Below are positions 55,882-64,000 of a stretch of DNA of 64,000 bases, one piece after another. The notes beneath the pieces are model-generated. The model did not search any database. It worked only from the letters and a program-made list of their open reading frames with translations, and was not told where the DNA came from. This DNA comes from Bacteroidota bacterium. GTDB taxonomy: Bacteria; Bacteroidota; Bacteroidia; Bacteroidales; JAHJDW01. The position numbers and the translations under genes were made by a program. Numbering within the stretch: the first letter of the stretch is position 1; each line of letters begins with the position of its first letter. The stretch is from positions 29,516 through 93,515 of the forward strand of contig JBAXGW010000008.1 in NCBI GenBank assembly GCA_037139195.1, in the 5' to 3' direction.

Positions 55882-58077
55882 ATGTCAAATATAAAATTAA
55901 ATATAAAAGTTTCAGGTATGTCATGCGCCTCATGTTCAATGAGTGTGCAGACAATACTTGAACATATACCTGGCGTAAAATCTGCATTTGTTAATCTAGC
56001 TATGAATACAGTGCTTATTCATTATGACGATGAGAAAACTTCTCTTTTTGAAATGAAGAAAGAACTCAAGAAAGCTGAATTTGATTTAATTTTGAATGAT
56101 GAATATCAGACAGTAGAGAAATTAAGATTGAAAAAATTAAAATATCGCCTTTATGTTTCGATAGTATTTTCTTTGCCAATATTTGTGCTTTCTATGTTTT
56201 TTATGCATAGCATCGAAAATCTTCATAGCATCCTGCTAGTACTTTCAATCCCAGTAATTTTCTTTTCTGGAAAGGATTTCTATATTGCTGCTTATAAAAA
56301 AGCAAAGCAACTTTCGGCTAATATGGATACATTGGTGGCATTAAGCACTGGAATTGCATTTGTTTATAGTGCTTTTAATACATTGTTTCCCTATGCTTTT
56401 GAAGGAATGGGGACAGAAGTGTATTTTGAATCTTCAACTGTAATTATTACGTTAATTATTGTTGGAAAATTTTTAGAAGAAAGAGCAAAATCAAATGCTT
56501 CAGCTGCAATTAAGAAGCTAATAAGCATTCAAACAAAAACGATTTCGGTTACAAGAAAAGATACGCAAATAGAAATTGGAATTTCCGAAGTTAAAAAAAA
56601 TGATGTTGTGCAGGTTAAGCCAGGCGATATAATTCCAGTAGATGGAATAATTTTATCAGGGATATCAAGCATAGATGAAAGTTCTATTTCCGGAGAGCCT
56701 ATTCCAAAAGATAAATCTGAAGGAGATAAAGTTTTTTCTGGAACTATCAATCAAAATGGGGTATTAATTATTAAAGCCACCACAGCAGGAAGCAATACCG
56801 TGTTGTCTCAAATTATTGAGCAAATAGAATCGTCACAATACAGCCGACCACCGATTCAAAAATTAGTTGATAAAGTTTCTTCATGGTTTGTGCCAACAGT
56901 ATTGGTTTTGAGCATTATAACTTTTTGCTTATGGTATATTTTTGGACCCGAACCCGTTTTGCATTATTCTATGTTAACTGCAATTTCGGTATTAATTATT
57001 GCTTGTCCTTGTGCACTTGGATTAGCAACTCCAACTGCATTAACAGTTGGAATTGGCAAGGGTGCTGAAAATGGCATATTGATAAAAGACGCACAGAGCT
57101 TAGAATTAGCAAATAAAATTAATATAATTGCCATGGATAAAACTGGAACGCTTACAGAAGGCATTCCATCTATTACTAGAGGCGAATTTTTGAGTCATAC
57201 AAATTCAGATTTCTATGCTGCTATAATTTTTTCAATTGAAAATAAGTCGTCGCATCCTATTGCAAAGGCTTTAACTCAATATTTAAGTCTAAACTATACT
57301 GATATTCCTGAAATTACAGTAATTCAAAATATTCCGGGCATGGGAACTGTTGCCGATTTTAATAATGCAAAATATTTAATAGGCAATCTAAAATTAATGA
57401 TGGCGAATAATATTCAAGTTCCTTCAGAAATTATTGACAATGAAATTAATGATAGTACCAAAGTTTATTTTGCAGAAAATCAGAGTCTTATTGCATATTT
57501 TGAAATAGAAGATATTTTAAAGTTAGAAAGCATTAGTGCAATCAATTCATTAAAAAAGCTAGGTATTGAAATAGTAATGTTGACAGGTGATAGCGAAAAT
57601 TCTGCTGCAAAAATCGCTAAGAAATTGGGCATTAACAGGTATTTTGCAGGAATTCTTCCTACAGAAAAGGTTGATTATATTAAACAACTTCAAATGAATA
57701 ACAATGTAGTAGCAATGGTTGGCGATGGAATAAATGATGCAGCTGCCATGAGTCAAGCTAATTTAAGTTTTGCTATGGCTACTGGTGCTGATATTGCTAA
57801 AGAAAGCGCAGGTATAACATTGCTTCGATCTAATATTACAGATGTTTACAAATCAATAATTTTGTCACGCTATATTTTAAAGATTATTAAGCAAAATTTA
57901 TTTTGGGCTTTTGCTTATAATGTGCTTTCAATACCAATAGCAGCAGGTGTTTTATTTGCTTCCACTGGTTTGTTGCTAAGTCCTATGATAGCTGGAGCTG
58001 CAATGGCAATGAGTTCAGTGTCGGTAGTTTCTAATAGTCTTAGAATTAAAAATTTAAATATGAAACCAATATCCTGA
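55882..58077 (+). CDS. copA: Copper(I)/silver-translocating P1B-type ATPase
   Basis: N-terminal HMA motif GMSCASCS, TM CPC motif (IACPCALGLATP), DKTGTLT, GDGINDA, YNVLSIPIAAG and MAMSSVSVVSNS. This motif set is the P1B-1 (Cu+/Ag+) signature in the Arguello classification. Confidence 0.93.
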   Translation: MSNIKLNIKVSGMSCASCSMSVQTILEHIPGVKSAFVNLAMNTVLIHYDDEKTSLFEMKKELKKAEFDLILNDEYQTVEKLRLKKLKYRLYVSIVFSLPIFVLSMFFMHSIENLHSILLVLSIPVIFFSGKDFYIAAYKKAKQLSANMDTLVALSTGIAFVYSAFNTLFPYAFEGMGTEVYFESSTVIITLIIVGKFLEERAKSNASAAIKKLISIQTKTISVTRKDTQIEIGISEVKKNDVVQVKPGDIIPVDGIILSGISSIDESSISGEPIPKDKSEGDKVFSGTINQNGVLIIKATTAGSNTVLSQIIEQIESSQYSRPPIQKLVDKVSSWFVPTVLVLSIITFCLWYIFGPEPVLHYSMLTAISVLIIACPCALGLATPTALTVGIGKGAENGILIKDAQSLELANKINIIAMDKTGTLTEGIPSITRGEFLSHTNSDFYAAIIFSIENKSSHPIAKALTQYLSLNYTDIPEITVIQNIPGMGTVADFNNAKYLIGNLKLMMANNIQVPSEIIDNEINDSTKVYFAENQSLIAYFEIEDILKLESISAINSLKKLGIEIVMLTGDSENSAAKIAKKLGINRYFAGILPTEKVDYIKQLQMNNNVVAMVGDGINDAAAMSQANLSFAMATGADIAKESAGITLLRSNITDVYKSIILSRYILKIIKQNLFWAFAYNVLSIPIAAGVLFASTGLLLSPMIAGAAMAMSSVSVVSNSLRIKNLNMKPIS

Positions 58078-58109
58078 AATAATTATATAAATCTTAAAAC
58101 TATGAATAT

Positions 58110-58322
58110 ATGGAAATTTTAAAATTCAAAACCACTATTAAATGCAATGGATGTTTGAGTAAAGTGGAAAAACCATTAAATAATTTTAGCGAAATTAAAA
58201 ATTGGGATGTAGATTTAAACAATCCCGATAGAATTCTAACAGTTGAAGCTGATAATGATATATCAGAGCAAATAATCGAAGAATTAGAAAAACTAGATTT
58301 TGAAATAGAAAAAATTAACTAA
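58110..58322 (+). CDS. Small HMA-domain metallochaperone-like protein (CopZ-like)
   Basis: 70 aa with a CNGC motif near the N-terminus and a beta-alpha-beta-beta-alpha-beta-like pattern. It lies directly after copA. Confidence 0.75.
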   Translation: MEILKFKTTIKCNGCLSKVEKPLNNFSEIKNWDVDLNNPDRILTVEADNDISEQIIEELEKLDFEIEKIN

Positions 58323-58336
58323 ATAAATTTTAAATT

Positions 58337-58699
58337 ATGAAAACACTAAAAACAATTGTATTATCTTTTTTGTTATTTTCTTTTGGCTTATTTGGCTGTG
58401 CACAAACTGCAGGAACTGTAGAAAAAACGTTTAAAACATCTGGACAGTGTGGCATGTGCAAGGACCGAATTGAAAAAATGCTTGCGTATGAAAAAGGCAT
58501 TGTATCATCAGATTTCAATGTTGAAACAAAGGAATTAACCGTAAAATACAAATCGAACAAAACGAATGAAGCAGAAATAAAAAAAGCTGTTAGCAAGCTA
58601 GGTTACGACATTGACGATGTTATGGGCGACCAAGTAGCTTATGAAAAATTGCCTCCTTGTTGCAAAAAACCAAGCGATCCAAATCATGTAAAACATTAA
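58337..58699 (+). CDS. HMA-domain lipoprotein with a Cys-rich C-terminal tail
   Basis: Lipobox LFGC, HMA motif GQCGMCKDRIEKML, and tail LPPCCKKPSDPNHVKH. A terminator follows at 58708-58746. Confidence 0.8.
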   Translation: MKTLKTIVLSFLLFSFGLFGCAQTAGTVEKTFKTSGQCGMCKDRIEKMLAYEKGIVSSDFNVETKELTVKYKSNKTNEAEIKKAVSKLGYDIDDVMGDQVAYEKLPPCCKKPSDPNHVKH

Positions 58700-58707
58700 T
58701 TTAAATA

Positions 58708-58746
58708 GGGAAGTAGATTAAACATAAAATTACTTCCCTTTTTTAC
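58708..58746 (+). terminator. Rho-independent terminator ending the copA-HMA-HMA unit
   Basis: The stem AGGGAAGTA / TACTTCCCT is followed by TTTTT. It lies 9 bp after the stop. Confidence 0.8.
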
Positions 58747-58789
58747 CATAAATCAGCACGCATTATATAACGCTCATATTATGAAAGCT

Positions 58790-58834
58790 CTTCGACTACG
58801 CTCAGTCTGACAGTCACTCTGAGCGTTGTCGAAG
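58790..58834. repeat. Repeat family C hairpin (copy C1)
   Basis: CTTCGACTACGCTCAG-TCTGACAGTCACT-CTGAGCGTTGTCGAAG has 16-nt arms with one mismatch. Confidence 0.8.
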
Positions 58835-58944
58835 TATAAAATTGATTACAAAAAAAGCCCTTGCGGAATTTCAGGTTTTTTTTAAACCAATTTCTAATGT
58901 ATAATTTTTTTGTATCGATTAATCAAATTTGATATATTTGCCGT

Positions 58945-59244
58945 ATGAAAATTCTCTGTTATTTATTATCTATATATATAATTTGTTTGCTTGGTGTTCC
59001 TTGCCAAGATACATGTGATATGTCTGATAATCATAAAACAGAAGAACCAACTAGCCATGATGAAAAAGATTGTCATCAATGTTCACCATTTTGCCATTGT
59101 AATTGTTGTCATGTAAATACAATTGTTAGTTTGAAAATTATTTTAAATGCGATAGAAACCACACCATCTGTGTTTGTTAGCATTTATAAAGAAATACCTG
59201 TTAAAGATATTATCTTACATATTTGGCAACCGCCTAAGCTCTAG
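58945..59244 (+). CDS. Small membrane-anchored Cys/His-rich protein upstream of the RND pump (DUF6660-like as I recall it)
   Basis: 99 aa with an N-terminal hydrophobic segment, then CQDTCDMSDNHKTEEPTSHDEKDCHQCSPFCHCNCCHV. Confidence 0.6.
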   Translation: MKILCYLLSIYIICLLGVPCQDTCDMSDNHKTEEPTSHDEKDCHQCSPFCHCNCCHVNTIVSLKIILNAIETTPSVFVSIYKEIPVKDIILHIWQPPKL

Positions 59245-59367
59245 TCAATTTTATTGTTATTATTTTTTATCTATATTGTTTTAGCAATATAGATTAGACT
59301 GTGTTATTTCAGAAAATCTGATTAACAAGTAATTGTAATTATTTTATTGATTAAAGTTTAAGTTATT

Positions 59368-62300
59368 ATGATAGAAGCAATAATTCGTTTTTCTATTAAA
59401 AACAAAATTATTATTGGTCTGTTTGTTTTGGCACTAGTTGTTTGGGGAGTTTTTTCATTGAAAGAATTACCTATTGACGCAGTTCCAGATATAACCAATA
59501 ATCAGGTGCAAATTATTTCTGTAGCTCCAACGCTTGCAGCAAACGAGGTAGAACAGTTTATTACAGCACCTATAGAAGTTTCAGTTGCCAATATTCCCGA
59601 CATAGTTGAGTTGCGCTCAATATCACGTTTGGGATTATCCGTAGTAACCGTCGTTTTCAAAGACAACGTAGATATTTATTGGTCGAGGCAGCAAATTTCT
59701 GAACGTTTGAAAGAAGCCGAAAGAAATATTCCCGCTGGAGTTACCGAACCAGAAATGGCCCCTATTTCTACAGGTTTGGGCGAAATATACCAATATATCC
59801 TAAAAGTAAAACCTGGATTCGAGCATAAATATAATGCAACTGAATTAAGAACTATCCAAGACTGGATTGTTCGTCGCGAAATGCTTGGTACGCCTGGCGT
59901 TGCCGATGTAAATAGTTATGGTGGTTTTCTGAAACAATTTGAAATTGCAGTAAATCCAGATCAGCTAAAAAGTATGAATTTAAGCCTTTCTGATATTTTT
60001 TCAGCGCTAGAAAAAAACAATGAGAATACTGGCAGTGCTTATATCGACAAAAAACCCAATGCCTATTTTATCAGAGGATTAGGTTTGGTAAAGACATTAG
60101 AAGATATTGAGAATATAGTAGTTAAAAGCTCTGCAAATGGAACTCCAATTTTAATTAGCGATGTGGCTAAAGTTCAGATTGGAACAGCTCCTCGATACGG
60201 CGCCTTTATTGTAGATACTACTGGCGAAGCAGTTGGGGGGGTTATTATGATGCTTAAGGGCAAAAACGCATCGCAAGTAATTGATGGTATTAAGGAAAAA
60301 ATAAAAATAATTCAGAAGTCACTGCCAGAAGGTGTTTCTATTGAACCATTTATTGATAGAACAGATTTGGTAAATAGAGCCGTAGGAACAGTATCTACTA
60401 ACTTAATAGAAGGTGGACTTATCGTTATCTTTATATTAGTTTTATTGCTTGGCAACTTCCGTGCAGGACTCATTGTTGCTTCAGTTATTCCATTAGCGAT
60501 GCTTTTTGCAATTTCATTGATGAATCTTTTTGGCATTTCTGGAAATTTAATGAGTTTAGGGGCTATCGACTTTGGATTGATTGTAGATGGAGCTGTAATT
60601 ATTGTTGAAAGCGTCGTCCATCGAATAACGCAAAGTAAAACTCATCATCAAGGAGTTAAAAAACTTAGTTCCGAACAAATGGATAATGAAGTCTTTGCCG
60701 CTGCTAAACGTATGATGAATTCGGCAACCTTTGGACAAGTAATAATTCTAATTGTGTATTTGCCAATTCTTGCATTAGTAGGTATTGAAGGCAAAATGTT
60801 CCGTCCTATGGCGCAAACAGTAAGTTTCGCAATACTTGGCGCATTAATTTTATCGCTTACTTATGTACCTGTTGCTTCTGCCTTATTCCTTAGCAAAAAA
60901 ACAGAACGTAAAAGGAATATTGCCGATAAAATAATGGATCGTATTAACCAACTATTCATGCCTTTGTTGGAAGTTTCATTAAAGCATAAAATCACGGTAG
61001 TTATTGTTTCAGTCGCTTTGTTCTTAGGAAGTTTTCTAGTATTTAATTCATTAGGCGGCGAGTTTATTCCGCAACTTGAAGAAGGCGATTTGGCTTCTGG
61101 CGTAATGACTTTGCAAGGAGGTTCGCTTTCTAATACCATAGAAACTGTTGAAAAAGCGAATAAAATCTTAATGTCGAAGTTCCCTGAAGTGAAACATGCA
61201 ATTTGCAAAATCGGGACTGGAGAAATTCCAACCGACCCTACTCCTATGGAAACTGGCGATTATATCATAGTGATGAAAGATAAAAGCGAGTGGACTTCAG
61301 CAAAAACCCGAGAAGAAATGATGGAGAAAATGCAAGAAGAGCTTTCTGTAATGAAAGGCGTTGTTTTCACATTACAACAGCCAATTCAAATGCGTTTTAA
61401 CGAATTGATGACGGGTTCAAAACAAGATGTAGCTGTGAAAATTTTTGGTGATAATCTTGAAACACTTTCTCAAAAGGCAGAAGAAATAGAAAAAGTCATT
61501 AAAAATGTTGAAGGCGTTGAAGAAGTTGGAGTTGAACAAGTTACAGGTTCCGGGCAAGTTCAAGTTACCTATAATAGAAAGCTCATTGCTCAATATGGAC
61601 TTAATATTTGCGATTTGAATGATATTTTAAAAACAGCTTTTGCAGGAAGTGCAGCTGGTGTAGTTTACGACGAAGAAAAACGCTTTGATTTAGTTGTCAG
61701 ACTTGATAAAGAAAACCGTCAGGATTTGGATAATATTAAGAATCTTTTCGTTCCGTTACCAAACGGAGGTCAAATTCCACTTGAACAACTTGCAACTGTT
61801 GAAATTAAAACAGGAACTGCGCAAGTTTCTCGCGAAAGCACAAAACGTAGAATCACTGTAAGCTTTAATGTTAGAGGAAGAGATGTTGCCTCTATTATCA
61901 ATGAAATAAGACCGTTGATTGATTCAAAGGTTAAACTTCCTGCTGGTTATTATGTTACTTATGGGGGACAATTCGAAAACCTTGTAGCTGCTAAAAACCG
62001 ACTAGCAATTGCAGTTCCAGTAGCGCTATTATTAATTTTTGTGCTTTTATTTTTCTCATTTCGCTCGATAAAGCAAACCTTATTAATTTATTCGGCTGTT
62101 CCACTATCAGCAATTGGCGGAGTAATTGCACTTTACTTGCGCGATATGAATTTTAGCATTTCGGCTGGCATCGGTTTCATTGCCTTATTTGGCGTAGCGG
62201 TACTTAATGGCATTGTTCTCATTGCCGAATTTAACCGACTAGAAATTGAAGAAGGTATTGCTGACATCTATGAACGCGTTCGCTTAGGAATTAAATCACG

Positions 62301-63735
62301 ACTTCGTCCAGTTATAATGACAGCAACAGTTGCTTCTCTAGGATTCCTACCAATGGCTATATCATCTTCTGCAGGTGCTGAAGTACAAAAACCATTGGCA
62401 ACCGTTGTTATTGGAGGTTTAATTTCTGCTACCCTATTAACACTAATAGTTTTACCTGTTTTGTATGTTCTATTCTCCAGAAGAAGAAAGATAGAGCTCA
62501 CGCCAGAAATCAAAGCTTTAATGATGTTAGTTGTTTGCGGAACTCTATTTTTTATTCCTTCTCTTTCAAAAGCACAAACAGGCAACACAAAAAGTTATAC
62601 GCTGGATGAGGCGATAAAACAAGCCTTAGCAAATAATGGAAGTATTAAATCTGCATCGCTTCAGGTTGATTACCAAAAGAAAATCAAAGCTGCAAGCTGG
62701 GAGTTTGGAAATACCGATGTGGAATATGTTTATGGACAAACGAATTCAATAGTGAAAGATAATAATCTTACAATTTCACAGTCGTTTAAAAGCCCTGGGA
62801 TGAATTTCGCACAATCGAAGCTTGCAAAAGAAAATGTTAAAAGTGCTGAAATTGACGTAAAACTAACCCAAGCGGAAATTATTAGCGCCGTAAAATCAAA
62901 TTTTTATCAGCTTCAATATTTGTTGTCTAATTTGAAATTGCTTAATTATCAGGATAGTATTTATACAAATTTTTTAAAAGCAGCTGAATTAAAGGTTGAA
63001 AAGGGAGAAAGTCCGATGCTCGAAAAACTATCGGCACAAACACGCCAGATGGAAATTAAAACTCAGATAAATCAAGTTAATTCGGATATTATCAGTTCGA
63101 AAAACAGATTGAAAGCACTTTTAAATGAGTCGAATGATTTTGCAATAGCAAACACAGAACTTAAAAAAGAATCACTTTCTATTTCTACTGATAGTTCGGC
63201 AATTGCAAATAATCCTATTTTGGCTTTATATCAACAACAAATAAATATCAGCAATTTGGAAACTAAAGTTGAGCGCTTAAAACTATTACCTGAATTTTCT
63301 GTAGGCTATTTCAATCAATCAAATAAGGACTTGAAAGCAGACTATCGTTTCACGGGTATTCAAGCTGGCATTTCTATTCCATTGCTCTTCTTTTCGCAAT
63401 CTGCAAAAATTAACGCTTCGAAAATCAATAACCAAATAGCTCAGAGCAATTTTGAATATAATAAATCAATGCTATTTGCCGAATTTCAATCGCTTTTGCA
63501 AGAAAATGTGAAATACAAAACAAGTTTGGAATATTACGAAACGGCTGCTGTTCCACAAGCAGATTTGATAATTTATCAAGCTTCTAAAAGCTATGCGGCT
63601 GGGAATATTGATTATGTTGAGTTTGTTCAAAACGTTGATAAAGCTCTGGAAATAAAATCGAACTATTTGCAAACGCTTAATCAGTTCAATCAGTCTATAG
63701 TGGATATATATAAGTTCTTAGGAATATCAAATTAA
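59368..63735 (+). CDS. CzcA/CusA-family heavy-metal RND efflux pump fused in frame to a TolC/CzcC-like outer-membrane factor
   Basis: 1455-aa ORF. Residues 1 to ~1040 are a complete 12-TM RND pump (MIEAIIRFSIKNKIIIGLFV...LIVLPVLYVLFSRRRK). A signal-peptide-like segment follows (ALMMLVVCGTLFFIPSLSKAQ). About 400 aa of OMF-type sequence then follows (YTLDEAIKQALANNGSIKSASLQV...). Confidence 0.9.
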   Translation: MIEAIIRFSIKNKIIIGLFVLALVVWGVFSLKELPIDAVPDITNNQVQIISVAPTLAANEVEQFITAPIEVSVANIPDIVELRSISRLGLSVVTVVFKDNVDIYWSRQQISERLKEAERNIPAGVTEPEMAPISTGLGEIYQYILKVKPGFEHKYNATELRTIQDWIVRREMLGTPGVADVNSYGGFLKQFEIAVNPDQLKSMNLSLSDIFSALEKNNENTGSAYIDKKPNAYFIRGLGLVKTLEDIENIVVKSSANGTPILISDVAKVQIGTAPRYGAFIVDTTGEAVGGVIMMLKGKNASQVIDGIKEKIKIIQKSLPEGVSIEPFIDRTDLVNRAVGTVSTNLIEGGLIVIFILVLLLGNFRAGLIVASVIPLAMLFAISLMNLFGISGNLMSLGAIDFGLIVDGAVIIVESVVHRITQSKTHHQGVKKLSSEQMDNEVFAAAKRMMNSATFGQVIILIVYLPILALVGIEGKMFRPMAQTVSFAILGALILSLTYVPVASALFLSKKTERKRNIADKIMDRINQLFMPLLEVSLKHKITVVIVSVALFLGSFLVFNSLGGEFIPQLEEGDLASGVMTLQGGSLSNTIETVEKANKILMSKFPEVKHAICKIGTGEIPTDPTPMETGDYIIVMKDKSEWTSAKTREEMMEKMQEELSVMKGVVFTLQQPIQMRFNELMTGSKQDVAVKIFGDNLETLSQKAEEIEKVIKNVEGVEEVGVEQVTGSGQVQVTYNRKLIAQYGLNICDLNDILKTAFAGSAAGVVYDEEKRFDLVVRLDKENRQDLDNIKNLFVPLPNGGQIPLEQLATVEIKTGTAQVSRESTKRRITVSFNVRGRDVASIINEIRPLIDSKVKLPAGYYVTYGGQFENLVAAKNRLAIAVPVALLLIFVLLFFSFRSIKQTLLIYSAVPLSAIGGVIALYLRDMNFSISAGIGFIALFGVAVLNGIVLIAEFNRLEIEEGIADIYERVRLGIKSRLRPVIMTATVASLGFLPMAISSSAGAEVQKPLATVVIGGLISATLLTLIVLPVLYVLFSRRRKIELTPEIKALMMLVVCGTLFFIPSLSKAQTGNTKSYTLDEAIKQALANNGSIKSASLQVDYQKKIKAASWEFGNTDVEYVYGQTNSIVKDNNLTISQSFKSPGMNFAQSKLAKENVKSAEIDVKLTQAEIISAVKSNFYQLQYLLSNLKLLNYQDSIYTNFLKAAELKVEKGESPMLEKLSAQTRQMEIKTQINQVNSDIISSKNRLKALLNESNDFAIANTELKKESLSISTDSSAIANNPILALYQQQINISNLETKVERLKLLPEFSVGYFNQSNKDLKADYRFTGIQAGISIPLLFFSQSAKINASKINNQIAQSNFEYNKSMLFAEFQSLLQENVKYKTSLEYYETAAVPQADLIIYQASKSYAAGNIDYVEFVQNVDKALEIKSNYLQTLNQFNQSIVDIYKFLGISN

Positions 63736-63741
63736 AAAACT

Positions 63742-63786
63742 CTTCGATTTTGCTCAGAGGGACTGTCAGACTGAGCTTAGTCGAAG
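63742..63786. repeat. Repeat family C hairpin (copy C2), 7 nt after the RND-OMF stop codon
   Basis: CTTCGATTTTGCTCAG-AGGGACTGTCAGA-CTGAGCTTAGTCGAAG. Its loop is the reverse complement of the C1 loop. Confidence 0.8.
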
Positions 63787-63816
63787 TCAAAAAATAATTA
63801 ATTTAAATCAAAATAA

Positions 63817-64000
63817 ATGAAAACATTAATTTATTCTTTAATCATAGTTTCAAGTTTAGCAATTATTAGTTGCAAAAGCAAAACGAATGTTGCTGAAAAA
63901 GTAGAGGAAGAGTGCGTTCTTCCTGAAAATGTAGTTGAAATGAACGACGACCAAATAAAAATGGCAGCATTAGAATTTGGGACTATTGAACTAAAATCAA
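63817..64000 (+). CDS. Efflux RND periplasmic adaptor (CzcB/CusB-like) lipoprotein, 5' end only
   Basis: My own translation from the ATG at 63817 reads MKTLIYSLIIVSSLAIISCKSKTNVAEKVEEECVLPENVVEMNDDQIKMAALEFGTIELKS. It has a lipobox, the usual position after the pump gene, and an N-terminus typical of MFP proteins. It runs off the right edge. Confidence 0.7.
   Translation, partial: MKTLIYSLIIVSSLAIISCKSKTNVAEKVEEECVLPENVVEMNDDQIKMAALEFGTIELKS

Noticed and set aside
58933-58940. TATATTTG -7 box match only 5 nt before the ATG at 58945
   Set aside because: It is too close to the annotated start to serve that start codon unless the transcript is leaderless or the true start is downstream. It is not reported as a promoter.
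1-64000. Search for tRNA, rRNA, tmRNA, riboswitch leaders, transposases, integrases, reverse transcriptases, toxin-antitoxin pairs or known defence genes
   Set aside because: I found no T-loop-like GGTTCGAATCC strings, no rRNA-like segments and no ORFs with nuclease, ATPase, RT or recombinase motifs outside the genes listed. Absence is based on reading by eye only and should be confirmed with tRNAscan-SE, Infernal and defence-system HMM scans.

Overview
AT-rich Bacteroidota-type chromosomal segment. Supporting signs are type A and type B T9SS C-terminal sorting domains, CarboxypepD_reg-type TonB-dependent receptors, gldA, and TAnnTTTG -7 promoter boxes. I call 44 protein-coding genes. I saw no rRNA, tRNA, CRISPR array, transposase, integrase or recognisable defence genes. 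Content from left to right follows. (1) 1-12.1 kb, minus strand: four paralogs of an uncharacterised ~240-aa secreted domain, a 1033-aa TonB-dependent transporter, a FISUMP lipoprotein and a beta-helix-like protein with a dockerin-like tail. (2) 12.3-18.7 kb: porin-pstS-pstC-pstA-pstB-phoU. (3) 19-47 kb: housekeeping and envelope genes, namely mazG-like, dtd, rsgA, a lectin/Ig-repeat T9SS adhesin, gldA, a TBDR+DUF4249 pair, pepP, an ABC/GntR/DUF2807 cluster, two tandem S8 peptidases, MFS, M23, alaS and GNAT. (4) 47.5-52.5 kb: a 1443-aa CUB/Ig-repeat type-B T9SS adhesin translationally coupled to an unknown gene. (5) 52.7-64 kb: a copper/heavy-metal island. It holds a small Cys/His membrane protein, a TBDR, a CopA-type ATPase, two HMA proteins, a second small Cys/His protein, a CzcA/CusA-type RND pump fused in frame to a TolC-like outer-membrane factor, and the start of the adaptor subunit. 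The main unexplained signal is non-coding. About a dozen intergenic gaps carry modular, GC-richer palindromic repeat families. Many of these directly abut stop codons, including a MITE-like family whose first base completes the TAG stop of two host genes. Nearly every junction of the pst operon is occupied by such a module. The best candidate for an undescribed protein system is the paralog-family/TBDT cluster next to pst. One of its genes shares a 9-mer promoter motif with pstS and the porin. All functional calls rest on motif recognition by eye; no database search was run.
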